From: a virus
Lineage: Duplodnaviria; Caudoviricetes
Direction: 5' to 3' (one strand)
IMG/VR virus record: IMGVR_UViG_3300030433_001380
Location: 1-29,718 of that record
DNA: 29,718 nt
Every line of letters starts with the position of its first letter. The first letter of the stretch is position 1. Position numbers and translations under genes: made by a program. Positions 19,279-27,274 of this stretch are shown piece by piece. The notes below the pieces were generated by a model. The model was not told the DNA's origin. It was given only the letters and a program-made list of their open reading frames with translations, and made no database searches.

Positions 19279-19677
19279 TCATTGAAGAGTAGCGGCTAAA
19301 AATTCACTCCCAACGGTATTATCATCTGTTTCTGTTGGTATGTTAGCATAGGGATTAATGAAAGTAGTATTGTATTGTTTTGCACTTTCTCGCATTTTAT
19401 TGCGTTGTTGTTCATCTCTTGCTTTTCTTTCCCAATAGGCAGCAATCTTTCTATCAAGTAGCCACATCTCGATACGGTCATTAAGTGCCAAATCGAATAG
19501 TGCCTTCATAACCATAATTGAGCCTATTGTTCCTAACCCAAACAAAGTAGCGTGGGCTAAAGTAGTATAAGGGAAACCTGTTCCATAATTAGCATAAACC
19601 CAAACATTTGCACCACTTAAAGCACCCACAAACAATATAGTCATAACTAATCTAGTATCTTGATTCAATACTGCCAT
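19279..19677 (-). CDS. Two-TM membrane protein with charged cytoplasmic tail (holin-like architecture)
   Basis: GAGGTGA RBS; hydrophobic helices LVMTILFVGALSGANVWVYA and ATLFGLGTIGSIMVMKALF, then a charged helix. Confidence 0.7.
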   Translation of the reverse strand: MAVLNQDTRLVMTILFVGALSGANVWVYANYGTGFPYTTLAHATLFGLGTIGSIMVMKALFDLALNDRIEMWLLDRKIAAYWERKARDEQQRNKMRESAKQYNTTFINPYANIPTETDDNTVGSEFLAATLQ

Positions 19678-19687
19678 TTAATTCACC

Positions 19688-19978
19688 TCAAGCAAATTCA
19701 ACGGAAACTGCTGCGCCTGTTCCTCCACCTGTGGATATATCTAAATATAACCCATTGAGTGCTAATACGCCATGCATATCAAATTCAATTGTTTCATTAG
19801 GGTTTTCCATAATAATTCTTGCTAACTCTGTCCCACTAGCGGCAGAAGCATTATCAAATACTTTAACTGTTGTTGCCGCAACACCTGTAAGTTGAGCATG
19901 AATACTAATTAATTTACATCTTCCAGCATTAACTACTGCACTAGCAGTTTGAACGCCACTACTTCGACAAGTTGGCAT
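19688..19978 (-). CDS. Small beta-sandwich virion protein (putative capsid spike or decoration)
   Basis: 96 aa, beta-rich (TVKVFDNASAASGTELARI...GLYLDI...VSVEF); lies after the capsid genes. Confidence 0.5.
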   Translation of the reverse strand: MPTCRSSGVQTASAVVNAGRCKLISIHAQLTGVAATTVKVFDNASAASGTELARIIMENPNETIEFDMHGVLALNGLYLDISTGGGTGAAVSVEFA

Positions 19979-19994
19979 AATAAATCTCTCCGTC

Positions 19995-20040
19995 TAATCA
20001 ACCTATGTTACCTATCCTTCTTAACCCTGTTGGTTGATTA
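19995..20040. other. Intergenic inverted repeat (TAATCAACC ... GGTTGATTA)
   Basis: Perfect 9-bp arms at 19995-20003 and 20032-20040 in one of the few intergenic gaps. Confidence 0.5.
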
Positions 20041-20364
20041 TTCAACCAAAGAGGATTTTTTAGGCTTAGGTGTGGTTTTCTTGGGTTTTGGTTTAACCAC
20101 AGGAGGTAACAATAGATTTGCTAACTCAATGTGTGTTAGGATTTCTTTATCTAATTCAACACTAATAAGCGGAAATAGTTTAGTATCGAGTTTCATTAAC
20201 TCTTCTCTATCACTTTCTTCAAAAGAAAACTCTAGGTTTTTGTCACCTAATCTAACTAAAGCGGCTTCTAAACCAATAGGGGCCGAAACCTCCCTGCTGA
20301 TTTTATTTCCCAGCAGGGAGGCTCGATAAACCGTAGCGTTTTCAGATAATTTAACTGAAACCAA
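20038..20364 (-). CDS. Hypothetical protein with K/P-rich C-terminus
   Basis: TTG start after AGGTGATTTAA; in operon order. Confidence 0.65.
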   Translation of the reverse strand: MVSVKLSENATVYRASLLGNKISREVSAPIGLEAALVRLGDKNLEFSFEESDREELMKLDTKLFPLISVELDKEILTHIELANLLLPPVVKPKPKKTTPKPKKSSLVE

Positions 20365-20374
20365 TTAAATCACC

Positions 20375-20710
20375 TTAAAGCAATCCATATACTCTTACAC
20401 GAACCATTCCTTCATCTCCGGTTCCGCTTTGTTGGGCTGAACCTGTTGAAAGAATTATCTTTACACTTGAAATAGATTCATAAGCACCGGTAGTTGAAAT
20501 AACTGCTCTTGCTGAATGACCTATTTCTTCAACACCTGTTACCATTACTTGTGTAATTTGGCTTAATCCTACTTCTGTTGCAGTTAGAGTAATTCCTCCC
20601 GCTACATAAGCAGTAATGTTGATTAGTGCATCAACTTGATATTCGTCACCATTCGCTTTAGGCTTTGTAAAACCTTTATGGTCTGCCAATAGGGTTACAG
20701 TGTGTGCCAA
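20375..20710 (-). CDS. Putative head decoration / cement protein 2
   Basis: Small, beta-rich, second gene after the capsid gene; YVAGGITL...VGLSQITQV...VRVRVYG; TTG start after GAGGTG. Confidence 0.55.
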   Translation of the reverse strand: MAHTVTLLADHKGFTKPKANGDEYQVDALINITAYVAGGITLTATEVGLSQITQVMVTGVEEIGHSARAVISTTGAYESISSVKIILSTGSAQQSGTGDEGMVRVRVYGLL

Positions 20711-20720
20711 TTAAAACACC

Positions 20721-20987
20721 TCACTGTTGCCCTATTGCCAACCAATAAAGAACATCTCCGCTTGTGCAGATAACATTAATGTTACCATCACTATTAGGTA
20801 GTGTTTCTTTAATTACTGCCGCATTTGCTTCAACTGCTGAACCGGAATGAGTGAATAAAAACGCATCCACGCTTGATAGTCCGGTAGCAATATCATCATC
20901 TGCTGAATCAGTAGTAGTCTTACCAAAAGTCATTGTTCGGTTTCCTTCAATCTTCATTTCAAAAAGGGTTTCTGTTGTCCATGCCAT
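20721..20987 (-). CDS. Putative head decoration / cement protein 1
   Basis: Small, beta-rich, directly after the capsid gene; IATGLSSVD...LYWLAIG; AGGAGAG RBS. Confidence 0.55.
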   Translation of the reverse strand: MAWTTETLFEMKIEGNRTMTFGKTTTDSADDDIATGLSSVDAFLFTHSGSAVEANAAVIKETLPNSDGNINVICTSGDVLYWLAIGQQ

Positions 20988-21018
20988 AATAATCTCTCCT
21001 TATTTATCTCCATAAACC

Positions 21019-22359
21019 TCAAAGAAGGTTTGTAATCTTCCCCTGTCCCTTAAAGTAGGAACAACCAACTTCAGCAATTGTTCGGTATAGAGCCTTGTTT
21101 CCTAGAGTTCCTACACCAAATGGGTTTCCGTTAGAAATACCATCCTCAAAGTATTGAGTAGGCTTCATTACAGACAACCAAAGATGGTCGGTATCTAAGA
21201 ATAGCATATCGCTGATACAAGATGAATTAACACCTGTTGATGGCATAGCCGCAACAGGAATCAAAGGAATGTCGTAATAAGTTGAAACTCTAAATCCAAC
21301 TTCTTGACCCTTTACACCTCTAACTCCATTAACAGTAGGAACAATTTCCTTTCTATCCATGAATCTTTCTTGTGCTTGCAATAGGTCAGACAAGGTTTGA
21401 AGTGTATCATATCCTGTTAGAATGACCTTTGGTGAACCACCAGCAACTCTCAAATCTCTAATCATGTTATTTAGAACAGTTAGAGTCAATTGACGAGCAG
21501 ATGCAGAAGCGTATGATGCCCCGAAATCAACTTGTGAATCAAGGAAAGAATCATTATCACGGTTAGAACCGTAAATGTGACTTACTGCGGTTGTAGTAGC
21601 GGAACCCAAAAGATTTGCAGTTGCCATAGCATCTAACTCATCTTCAGAACAAATAACCTTGTATAGAGAAGTATAGTTTCTATCAATGTTTGCTACTGTT
21701 GTTGTTGCTACTGCTGAACCAGCATCATAGTTTTCTAATGGCATTACCAGCATAGCGTTTTGAACTTCAGCGTGGTGCTTGCCCATATCTTCACGCAATT
21801 GCGCTCTAATATCTCCAATACCATCATCAATTGCCGCCATTTCCATAGCCAATTCGCTGAAATCAAATTGATGAGCAACGATTTTTGGGCTTGTAAATAG
21901 TGTAGTGTATGTTGGTGCAATTGGGCCAAGTCCATCATTTGCAGTATTTAGACCTGCATTTTCAGGAACACCACCAATTAGGTCTGCTCTAAGAGTTGAA
22001 GCACCCAAAGAATCTAAAGAAGTAGTTCCGGTAACTCCAATAGATAGAGAATTACCGCTACCACCGGCAGGTCTATCCGAAAGGACTCTCCAACCGCTTG
22101 AAGTGTATGGTCGCTTTGAAATTACTGATAGAGCATTACATTCTCTATTTAGCATAGACCAAACCTTTTGGCCGTATAATACTTGGTAAAGATTACCATT
22201 AATACCGCTTGTTGGGCTTGTCTGTGTAGCCGCATCATGTCCAGCATGAATACCGCTTAATCCGCCAGCAGCCTTCAATAGTTGATTATTGAATGCGCCA
22301 CCTGCAATTCCATATGTTTGTGCTTCTAAATCTGCAATAGTGTTAATATATCCAGCCAT
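21019..22359 (-). CDS. Major capsid protein (HK97 fold)
   Basis: Follows the prohead protease. Motifs YGQKVWSMLNRECNALSVISKRPY..SGWRV, GGVPEN, PKVILTGYDT, YYDIPLIP, DMLFLDTDHL and QGKITNL resemble halovirus/magrovirus capsid proteins. Start revised to ATG 22359 (MAGYINTIADLE) after GGAGG. Confidence 0.9.
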   Translation of the reverse strand: MAGYINTIADLEAQTYGIAGGAFNNQLLKAAGGLSGIHAGHDAATQTSPTSGINGNLYQVLYGQKVWSMLNRECNALSVISKRPYTSSGWRVLSDRPAGGSGNSLSIGVTGTTSLDSLGASTLRADLIGGVPENAGLNTANDGLGPIAPTYTTLFTSPKIVAHQFDFSELAMEMAAIDDGIGDIRAQLREDMGKHHAEVQNAMLVMPLENYDAGSAVATTTVANIDRNYTSLYKVICSEDELDAMATANLLGSATTTAVSHIYGSNRDNDSFLDSQVDFGASYASASARQLTLTVLNNMIRDLRVAGGSPKVILTGYDTLQTLSDLLQAQERFMDRKEIVPTVNGVRGVKGQEVGFRVSTYYDIPLIPVAAMPSTGVNSSCISDMLFLDTDHLWLSVMKPTQYFEDGISNGNPFGVGTLGNKALYRTIAEVGCSYFKGQGKITNLL

Positions 22360-22360
22360 C

Positions 22361-23590
22361 TTAAATTCCTCCTGCCATCTTGTGAATGTCCGACCAATCC
22401 ATTTCAGCCAATTCATCCATTGTTGGGAGTTGTATTTGTGACTCTTCTTGAGCCTTTAGAATTGTTTCCTTTTCAGCAGTTAAAGACTTTCTTAGTGCTG
22501 TAAATTCATCCTTTAGTGAAGCAATTTCAGACTTTGCATCATAGTTTGCCTTAGCAATTGCATCATGTCTTGATGAAGTTTCGGCTTCAAACCTTGCTTC
22601 AAATTGCTTTTGAAGATTATCGTATGCTAACTTTTCAAGTTGTTCTTGACGGAAAGCATCATAAGCCTTCTCAATGTTAGCAACGGACAAATCAAGAGTT
22701 TCTAATTCATCGTTGTTAAATGCCTTAACAACCGGCAAATCAGACGCTCTTGGCTTACCGTTATCAATGACGATTCTATCTGCTGGTTCACCGATTTCGA
22801 TACCGCCAGCATCAAGAGTGTTTAGAACTGCTTTGTTGGAATCATCCGTGTATTCAGCCTTTTCATCCATCATCTCTTCTTCATCTTCTTTATCCATGTG
22901 ACCGCCATAGCCGCCTTTATCCATATCTTCTTTCATATAATCACCTTTTTCATTTTCAGTCATCATACTCTCTTCTTCTTCTTTCCTAAGCGTATTAACT
23001 TCTTCCATTAAAGAATCTAATTCCGCTAGGGCTTTTTCTAGTTTGCTCATATTATTCGCCTCTTTTTCTTGTTTAAGAATATCAAACTTTGCTTCAGGGT
23101 TTATTCCTTTTTCGCAGATTGTAACCTCATGTAGTTCTAGTTTGCTTATTTCATTGTAATCTCCTAACTCTGGATGGTTTTTCTTTACTTTATGTATTGC
23201 TTGCCCTCCAATGCTAAATGACCTCAATGAACCTTTTCTAATGCCTCTATTTATTTCTTTGGCTTTTTCTATATCATCTCTTAATTTTATTACTACAAAG
23301 AATCCAACATCATCAACTTCAGTTTTCCATATCTTTCCGTTTTTATCTCGATAAGATTTTACTACTTCACCAACTTGAACATTAGAATGGTTTGTCATTA
23401 CATTTCTAAACTTTGGGTTCTCCATATACTTTTGAACTGCTTCATTAAGAGCCTTGAGTGTAATTAAATCATTTTGTTTATCAACGATTTCTATTGAAGC
23501 ATATCCACCAATCATTAAGTCATCATTTGATTTTAGAATCATTAATTCATCAGCAGTATCTCTTTTTATTAGAAGTGACATTTGCTTCAT
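22361..23590 (-). CDS. HK97-type prohead protease fused to a C-terminal scaffold
   Basis: IGGYASIEIVDKQNDLI, catalytic His (MTNH), catalytic Ser (RSFSIGG), LHEVTICEKGINPEAKF; then an acidic coiled-coil scaffold. Start could be 23605, 23590 or 23581. Confidence 0.92.
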   Translation of the reverse strand: MKQMSLLIKRDTADELMILKSNDDLMIGGYASIEIVDKQNDLITLKALNEAVQKYMENPKFRNVMTNHSNVQVGEVVKSYRDKNGKIWKTEVDDVGFFVVIKLRDDIEKAKEINRGIRKGSLRSFSIGGQAIHKVKKNHPELGDYNEISKLELHEVTICEKGINPEAKFDILKQEKEANNMSKLEKALAELDSLMEEVNTLRKEEEESMMTENEKGDYMKEDMDKGGYGGHMDKEDEEEMMDEKAEYTDDSNKAVLNTLDAGGIEIGEPADRIVIDNGKPRASDLPVVKAFNNDELETLDLSVANIEKAYDAFRQEQLEKLAYDNLQKQFEARFEAETSSRHDAIAKANYDAKSEIASLKDEFTALRKSLTAEKETILKAQEESQIQLPTMDELAEMDWSDIHKMAGGI

Positions 23591-23610
23591 CTCCCTCTTG
23601 TCCATCCGAG

Positions 23611-23618
23611 TATATAAA
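23611..23618 (-). promoter_or_regulatory. Candidate archaeal TATA box (TTTATATA) for the protease-capsid transcript
   Basis: Sits in the short gap after the ligase stop, about 25 nt upstream of ATG 23590. No clear BRE. Confidence 0.5.
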
Positions 23619-23624
23619 GAACAC

Positions 23625-26144
23625 CTAATTTTCGGTAGGTATAGTCAATTTGCTAAACTTATCCTCATAGATATTCCATAGACCAGCATCGCTTTCTTCA
23701 TCAGCAGGTTCCTGTTTGTAGCCTGTCCATGCCAGCCACATTCTTTTGCCCTTTACAGGTATCACTCGGATATGTAGTTTAGTTTGGAATTTGTTTCCTT
23801 CTAAGAAGTATTCGTGATAACCATTCTTTTGAACACCTAATTTAACTTCTCCTGAATCAATAACCTTTTCTCTTTCAAAAGACCTTGCAACTTCAGCAGG
23901 ATATTTACCTGCTTTACCAAACAAATCAAACAATTCCTCTTCATCATCTAAGTCAATGTTCCAATTTATTGTTTCATCACCTAATTTCATAACTACATTT
24001 ACATTATCATCTTGCCTAGCATATATTTTAAACTTACCAGATTGATATTTTTCAGGAGTTTTGTATTCTTTCATAATACTGTCTGTTTCTAGCAGTATTT
24101 TGTCATTTTCTGCAAATAACTTTCCTTCTTCAAAACCTATGCCATCTCTATTTTCTGTCCAATTTTTAAGTTTCTTACTATCAGATTCTAAAATATCTTC
24201 ATACAGAGAAGATACATTCTTAACTAAGTAATTATGAAGTTCTTTAGGAGTTTTTGCACCATTTTGTTTTAAGTAGTTAAAAATAGTAACAGTTAATTTA
24301 CTTTGTTTTGTTTTCATTATGGCTTCTGCTTGAGTTTTCCACATATCTAAATCATTTAAAGCATTTTTAGACATTAGATTATCTTCTTCAAAACCATAAA
24401 TAGTAAAGCCATCCATGTCAGATTTAATAATAACAGTAGTTTCTCCATGAACATAATCAGTAACTTTGACTCCTTTTTCTAAAGCCTTTACATCATAATT
24501 CAAAGACTTCTTAGTATCTTTTGATAGCAATTCTAAAGTAACTACTTTATCCGGCATAGTAACTTCAGGGACTTCTATTACTTTCGCTGAAAACAAAGTA
24601 TATCTTTCACCGGACTTTTTAACTTCATCAACCTTAACTCTAATAATATCTCCAACATCAACAGAAATCTTAGTATTGAGTGCTTTTCCTACATTCATAT
24701 ACTTCTTACCTTGTAACTCTTTAATGTATTTTCCTTCTTCATCAGTTGGGCCTATATCAATACCAAGAGTATAAGAATACAAGTTGCTCTTTGTCTTTTT
24801 CTTATCTAATACAATAACATCTAAGTCAACAAACTTTTTCCATTTAATCCATTTTGGATTTTTTCTTGTTCCTATATAGTATGTTGAAGTAGCATCTTTA
24901 ATTACAACTCCTTCAGAAGTAGGCATATCCATAATTGCTTTAGAATATTCTTCAATATCTTTTATACTATCTGCTTCTCTAGTATCTTTTTTAGATGGGA
25001 AAACTAAAGCATCTGATGAGCGAGAAGAATAGTTATTAAATAATATTTTCATTCTTTCTGATAATTCTTCTTCAACCATGTTATCATCTTCATGCCTCAT
25101 AATATCAAAGACATGACACTTTAGTTTTGCATCTTTGTATTTACCTTTGAATACATGAGCGATAGTATCGGCTCTATGTAGTGCTTCATCACCATCAAAT
25201 AGAATCAATTCAGCATCTAATATGCAATCACCGAAATGTTTCTTCTTTAATTCCTTTACTTGCTCTTTACACTTATCGGTAATATCTTTTTCATTATAAG
25301 AGTATATTTTAATATTATTATCTATTTTATGTAATTGAACTCTCATTCCATCGTATTTTTCTTGAACATACCATTCGCCACTAAATCCTTTTAGTTCTTT
25401 AATATCATTTATTTCAAAGATTCTATACATAGGTTTGTTAGGTATTATAAAATCACTGATAGATTTTTCTGTAATTCCTGATTTAGTCTTGGATTTTTCT
25501 ATATCCTTTAACTCTTCTAATTCTTCTTTGCTATTCTTAGATAACATTAATAAATCTAATAGTTCCATACCAGCCTTTACTTTAGATTCGACCTTCTTTG
25601 AGTCTTTTCCATCCCCGTAATGCTCGATAATATACAGGGCAATATCATCCACTTCTAGGTCAAGTCCCGAAAGACCCACTGTAATATCGTCAGGTTCGAT
25701 GTCTTTAACAGCCAAAATGGAAGGTTCAAGCACTTTTTTGTCGTTCCTTAAAGCATAATGAATAAATTTGAGCATAGTTTCAGGATTATCTAGCAATTCT
25801 TCAAGAACACTACCCCTAAATCTTTTAGCGAATGGGTCAGAAACTAAATCAGAAGAATATCTAATCAACTTTATTTTTTCATAGATTTCTTTAGCCTGTT
25901 CAGATTTAGGATTCTTTGCTTCTTTACTATCTAGTAAATCATCATCAATAGTTTCTTTTAATTCTTTACCTGCTGCATCTAATTCATTATAAGATTCTCT
26001 AATAGTATCAATAGTATTGCGCCAACGACCACCGTATTCATCGGGGTCAGTTCTTGCAGAAAGATAAGCCATTCTTGTTTTTTCAAACAATCTAAGGATT
26101 TCCTCCGAAGGCTGCTTATCTTTCTCTATTTCAGAGAGATTCAT
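23625..26144 (-). CDS. lig: ATP-dependent DNA ligase with extra N-terminal helical region and C-terminal LigD-phosphoesterase-like domain
   Basis: Motif I QEKYDGMR, III ILDAEL, IIIa VFDIM, IV EGVVIK, V WIKWK, then an OB fold (MNVGKA...DIIRVKV). Confidence 0.92.
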   Translation of the reverse strand: MNLSEIEKDKQPSEEILRLFEKTRMAYLSARTDPDEYGGRWRNTIDTIRESYNELDAAGKELKETIDDDLLDSKEAKNPKSEQAKEIYEKIKLIRYSSDLVSDPFAKRFRGSVLEELLDNPETMLKFIHYALRNDKKVLEPSILAVKDIEPDDITVGLSGLDLEVDDIALYIIEHYGDGKDSKKVESKVKAGMELLDLLMLSKNSKEELEELKDIEKSKTKSGITEKSISDFIIPNKPMYRIFEINDIKELKGFSGEWYVQEKYDGMRVQLHKIDNNIKIYSYNEKDITDKCKEQVKELKKKHFGDCILDAELILFDGDEALHRADTIAHVFKGKYKDAKLKCHVFDIMRHEDDNMVEEELSERMKILFNNYSSRSSDALVFPSKKDTREADSIKDIEEYSKAIMDMPTSEGVVIKDATSTYYIGTRKNPKWIKWKKFVDLDVIVLDKKKTKSNLYSYTLGIDIGPTDEEGKYIKELQGKKYMNVGKALNTKISVDVGDIIRVKVDEVKKSGERYTLFSAKVIEVPEVTMPDKVVTLELLSKDTKKSLNYDVKALEKGVKVTDYVHGETTVIIKSDMDGFTIYGFEEDNLMSKNALNDLDMWKTQAEAIMKTKQSKLTVTIFNYLKQNGAKTPKELHNYLVKNVSSLYEDILESDSKKLKNWTENRDGIGFEEGKLFAENDKILLETDSIMKEYKTPEKYQSGKFKIYARQDDNVNVVMKLGDETINWNIDLDDEEELFDLFGKAGKYPAEVARSFEREKVIDSGEVKLGVQKNGYHEYFLEGNKFQTKLHIRVIPVKGKRMWLAWTGYKQEPADEESDAGLWNIYEDKFSKLTIPTEN

Positions 26145-26153
26145 TATCCTCCC

Positions 26154-26675
26154 TCATCTAAAGCGTTGGGTTGGTTTTGACATTACTTCGGGAAGATTAA
26201 TTTCTCTAATCAAATCCTGCATTTTTTCTTTATAATCCTTTTGATTAATTTTACCAGATTTTAAATCTGAATTTAACTTACTCATATCTTTATTGACTTG
26301 AGTAATTAATTCTTCAATTTCTTCTTCCTTCTCTTTATCTAGAATAGGATTACTTTCTCCCCCGCCTCTTTCAGAACGCCCATATCCACGAATAGTTTCT
26401 TTAAGAATATCTAAAGATTTTTTAAATTCTAAAATTTCTCCAGCAGTTTTATTTTGACCTAATCCAAAACCACTGTGCTTTCCTTCAGAATACTTTTTAC
26501 TCTTATCTTTTTCAGCCTTTGGTCTTGTAACCTTAACTTTATCCATAATGTTATCTTTTTCCAAATCACTACGGTTATTATCATTTAATGAAGCCAATAG
26601 TTCTTCTTTTGCGCTTCTTGCCTTTTCAATAGCAAGACTTACTGTTCTTTCTTCTCTTGTGACTCTTTCCGGCAT
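26154..26675 (-). CDS. Hypothetical charged head-region protein
   Basis: TAATG overlap with the upstream gene; GGTGG RBS. Confidence 0.7.
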   Translation of the reverse strand: MPERVTREERTVSLAIEKARSAKEELLASLNDNNRSDLEKDNIMDKVKVTRPKAEKDKSKKYSEGKHSGFGLGQNKTAGEILEFKKSLDILKETIRGYGRSERGGGESNPILDKEKEEEIEELITQVNKDMSKLNSDLKSGKINQKDYKEKMQDLIREINLPEVMSKPTQRFR

Positions 26676-26911
26676 TAGTTACCACCTGCTCTTTCAACCA
26701 TTTTATGAATCTCAGACCAATCCATATTATCAACATTAACAGTGCTAGTATTATTATCCATCATAGGAGTAGGACTTTCTGCTACCACTAAACCTGCCTT
26801 CATTAGAATATTATCTTTAGCATAAAGAGTTTTCTCTAATGCTTCGACCTTTGCAGTTAGAGCCTTTACTATCTCTAACATCTCTTGATTAATTGTATTT
26901 TCTTCTGTCAT
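26675..26911 (-). CDS. Small coiled-coil protein with a scaffold-like C-terminal motif
   Basis: 78 aa; C-terminal MDWSEIHKM matches the protease/scaffold C-terminus MDWSDIHKM. Confidence 0.75.
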   Translation of the reverse strand: MTEENTINQEMLEIVKALTAKVEALEKTLYAKDNILMKAGLVVAESPTPMMDNNTSTVNVDNMDWSEIHKMVERAGGN

Positions 26912-27273
26912 TTCTTTTCCTCCTTTTTGCCTCTAGGATAAACTAAATCTCTTAATTGTCTGTAAAGTAATTCATACTCTTTACGAAGTTTCGTAGCAGT
27001 AGCCACTATATCAATGTTCCTTTCATCCATTGACTTTACTTTCTTATTTAACTTCTTGTCTGATTTCATTAGGTCTAATTCTTTAAGTGTATCAATTAAT
27101 TCACCTAACTTAGTAAAGTCTTGTCCAAAAAATTCAGTTGGTTCAGCAGATTGAAGAGTCTTTTTTAGTTTCTTTCTTCCTTTACCATCTAATGAATCAA
27201 GAATCTTTTTAGGAACTTTTTTCTTTTCTTTAAGAATAAAATCTTCACCTTCTCCGTAATAATCCCATGTCAT
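26908..27273 (-). CDS. Hypothetical helical protein
   Basis: Start revised to ATG 27273 (MTWDYYG) after AGGTGA; K-rich and helical. Confidence 0.7.
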   Translation of the reverse strand: MTWDYYGEGEDFILKEKKKVPKKILDSLDGKGRKKLKKTLQSAEPTEFFGQDFTKLGELIDTLKELDLMKSDKKLNKKVKSMDERNIDIVATATKLRKEYELLYRQLRDLVYPRGKKEEKK

Positions 27274-27274
27274 T

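Noticed and set aside
13958-21938. Short alternative-frame minus-strand ORFs 13958..14161, 14711..14899, 19296..19481 and 21744..21938
   Set aside because: Largely or wholly nested in better-supported genes, with no recognisable protein features.
22360-22416. Capsid ORF extension overlapping the protease 3' end (possible protease-capsid frameshift fusion)
   Set aside because: No slippery heptamer seen, and a strong GGAGG precedes ATG 22359, so the overlap is probably incidental.
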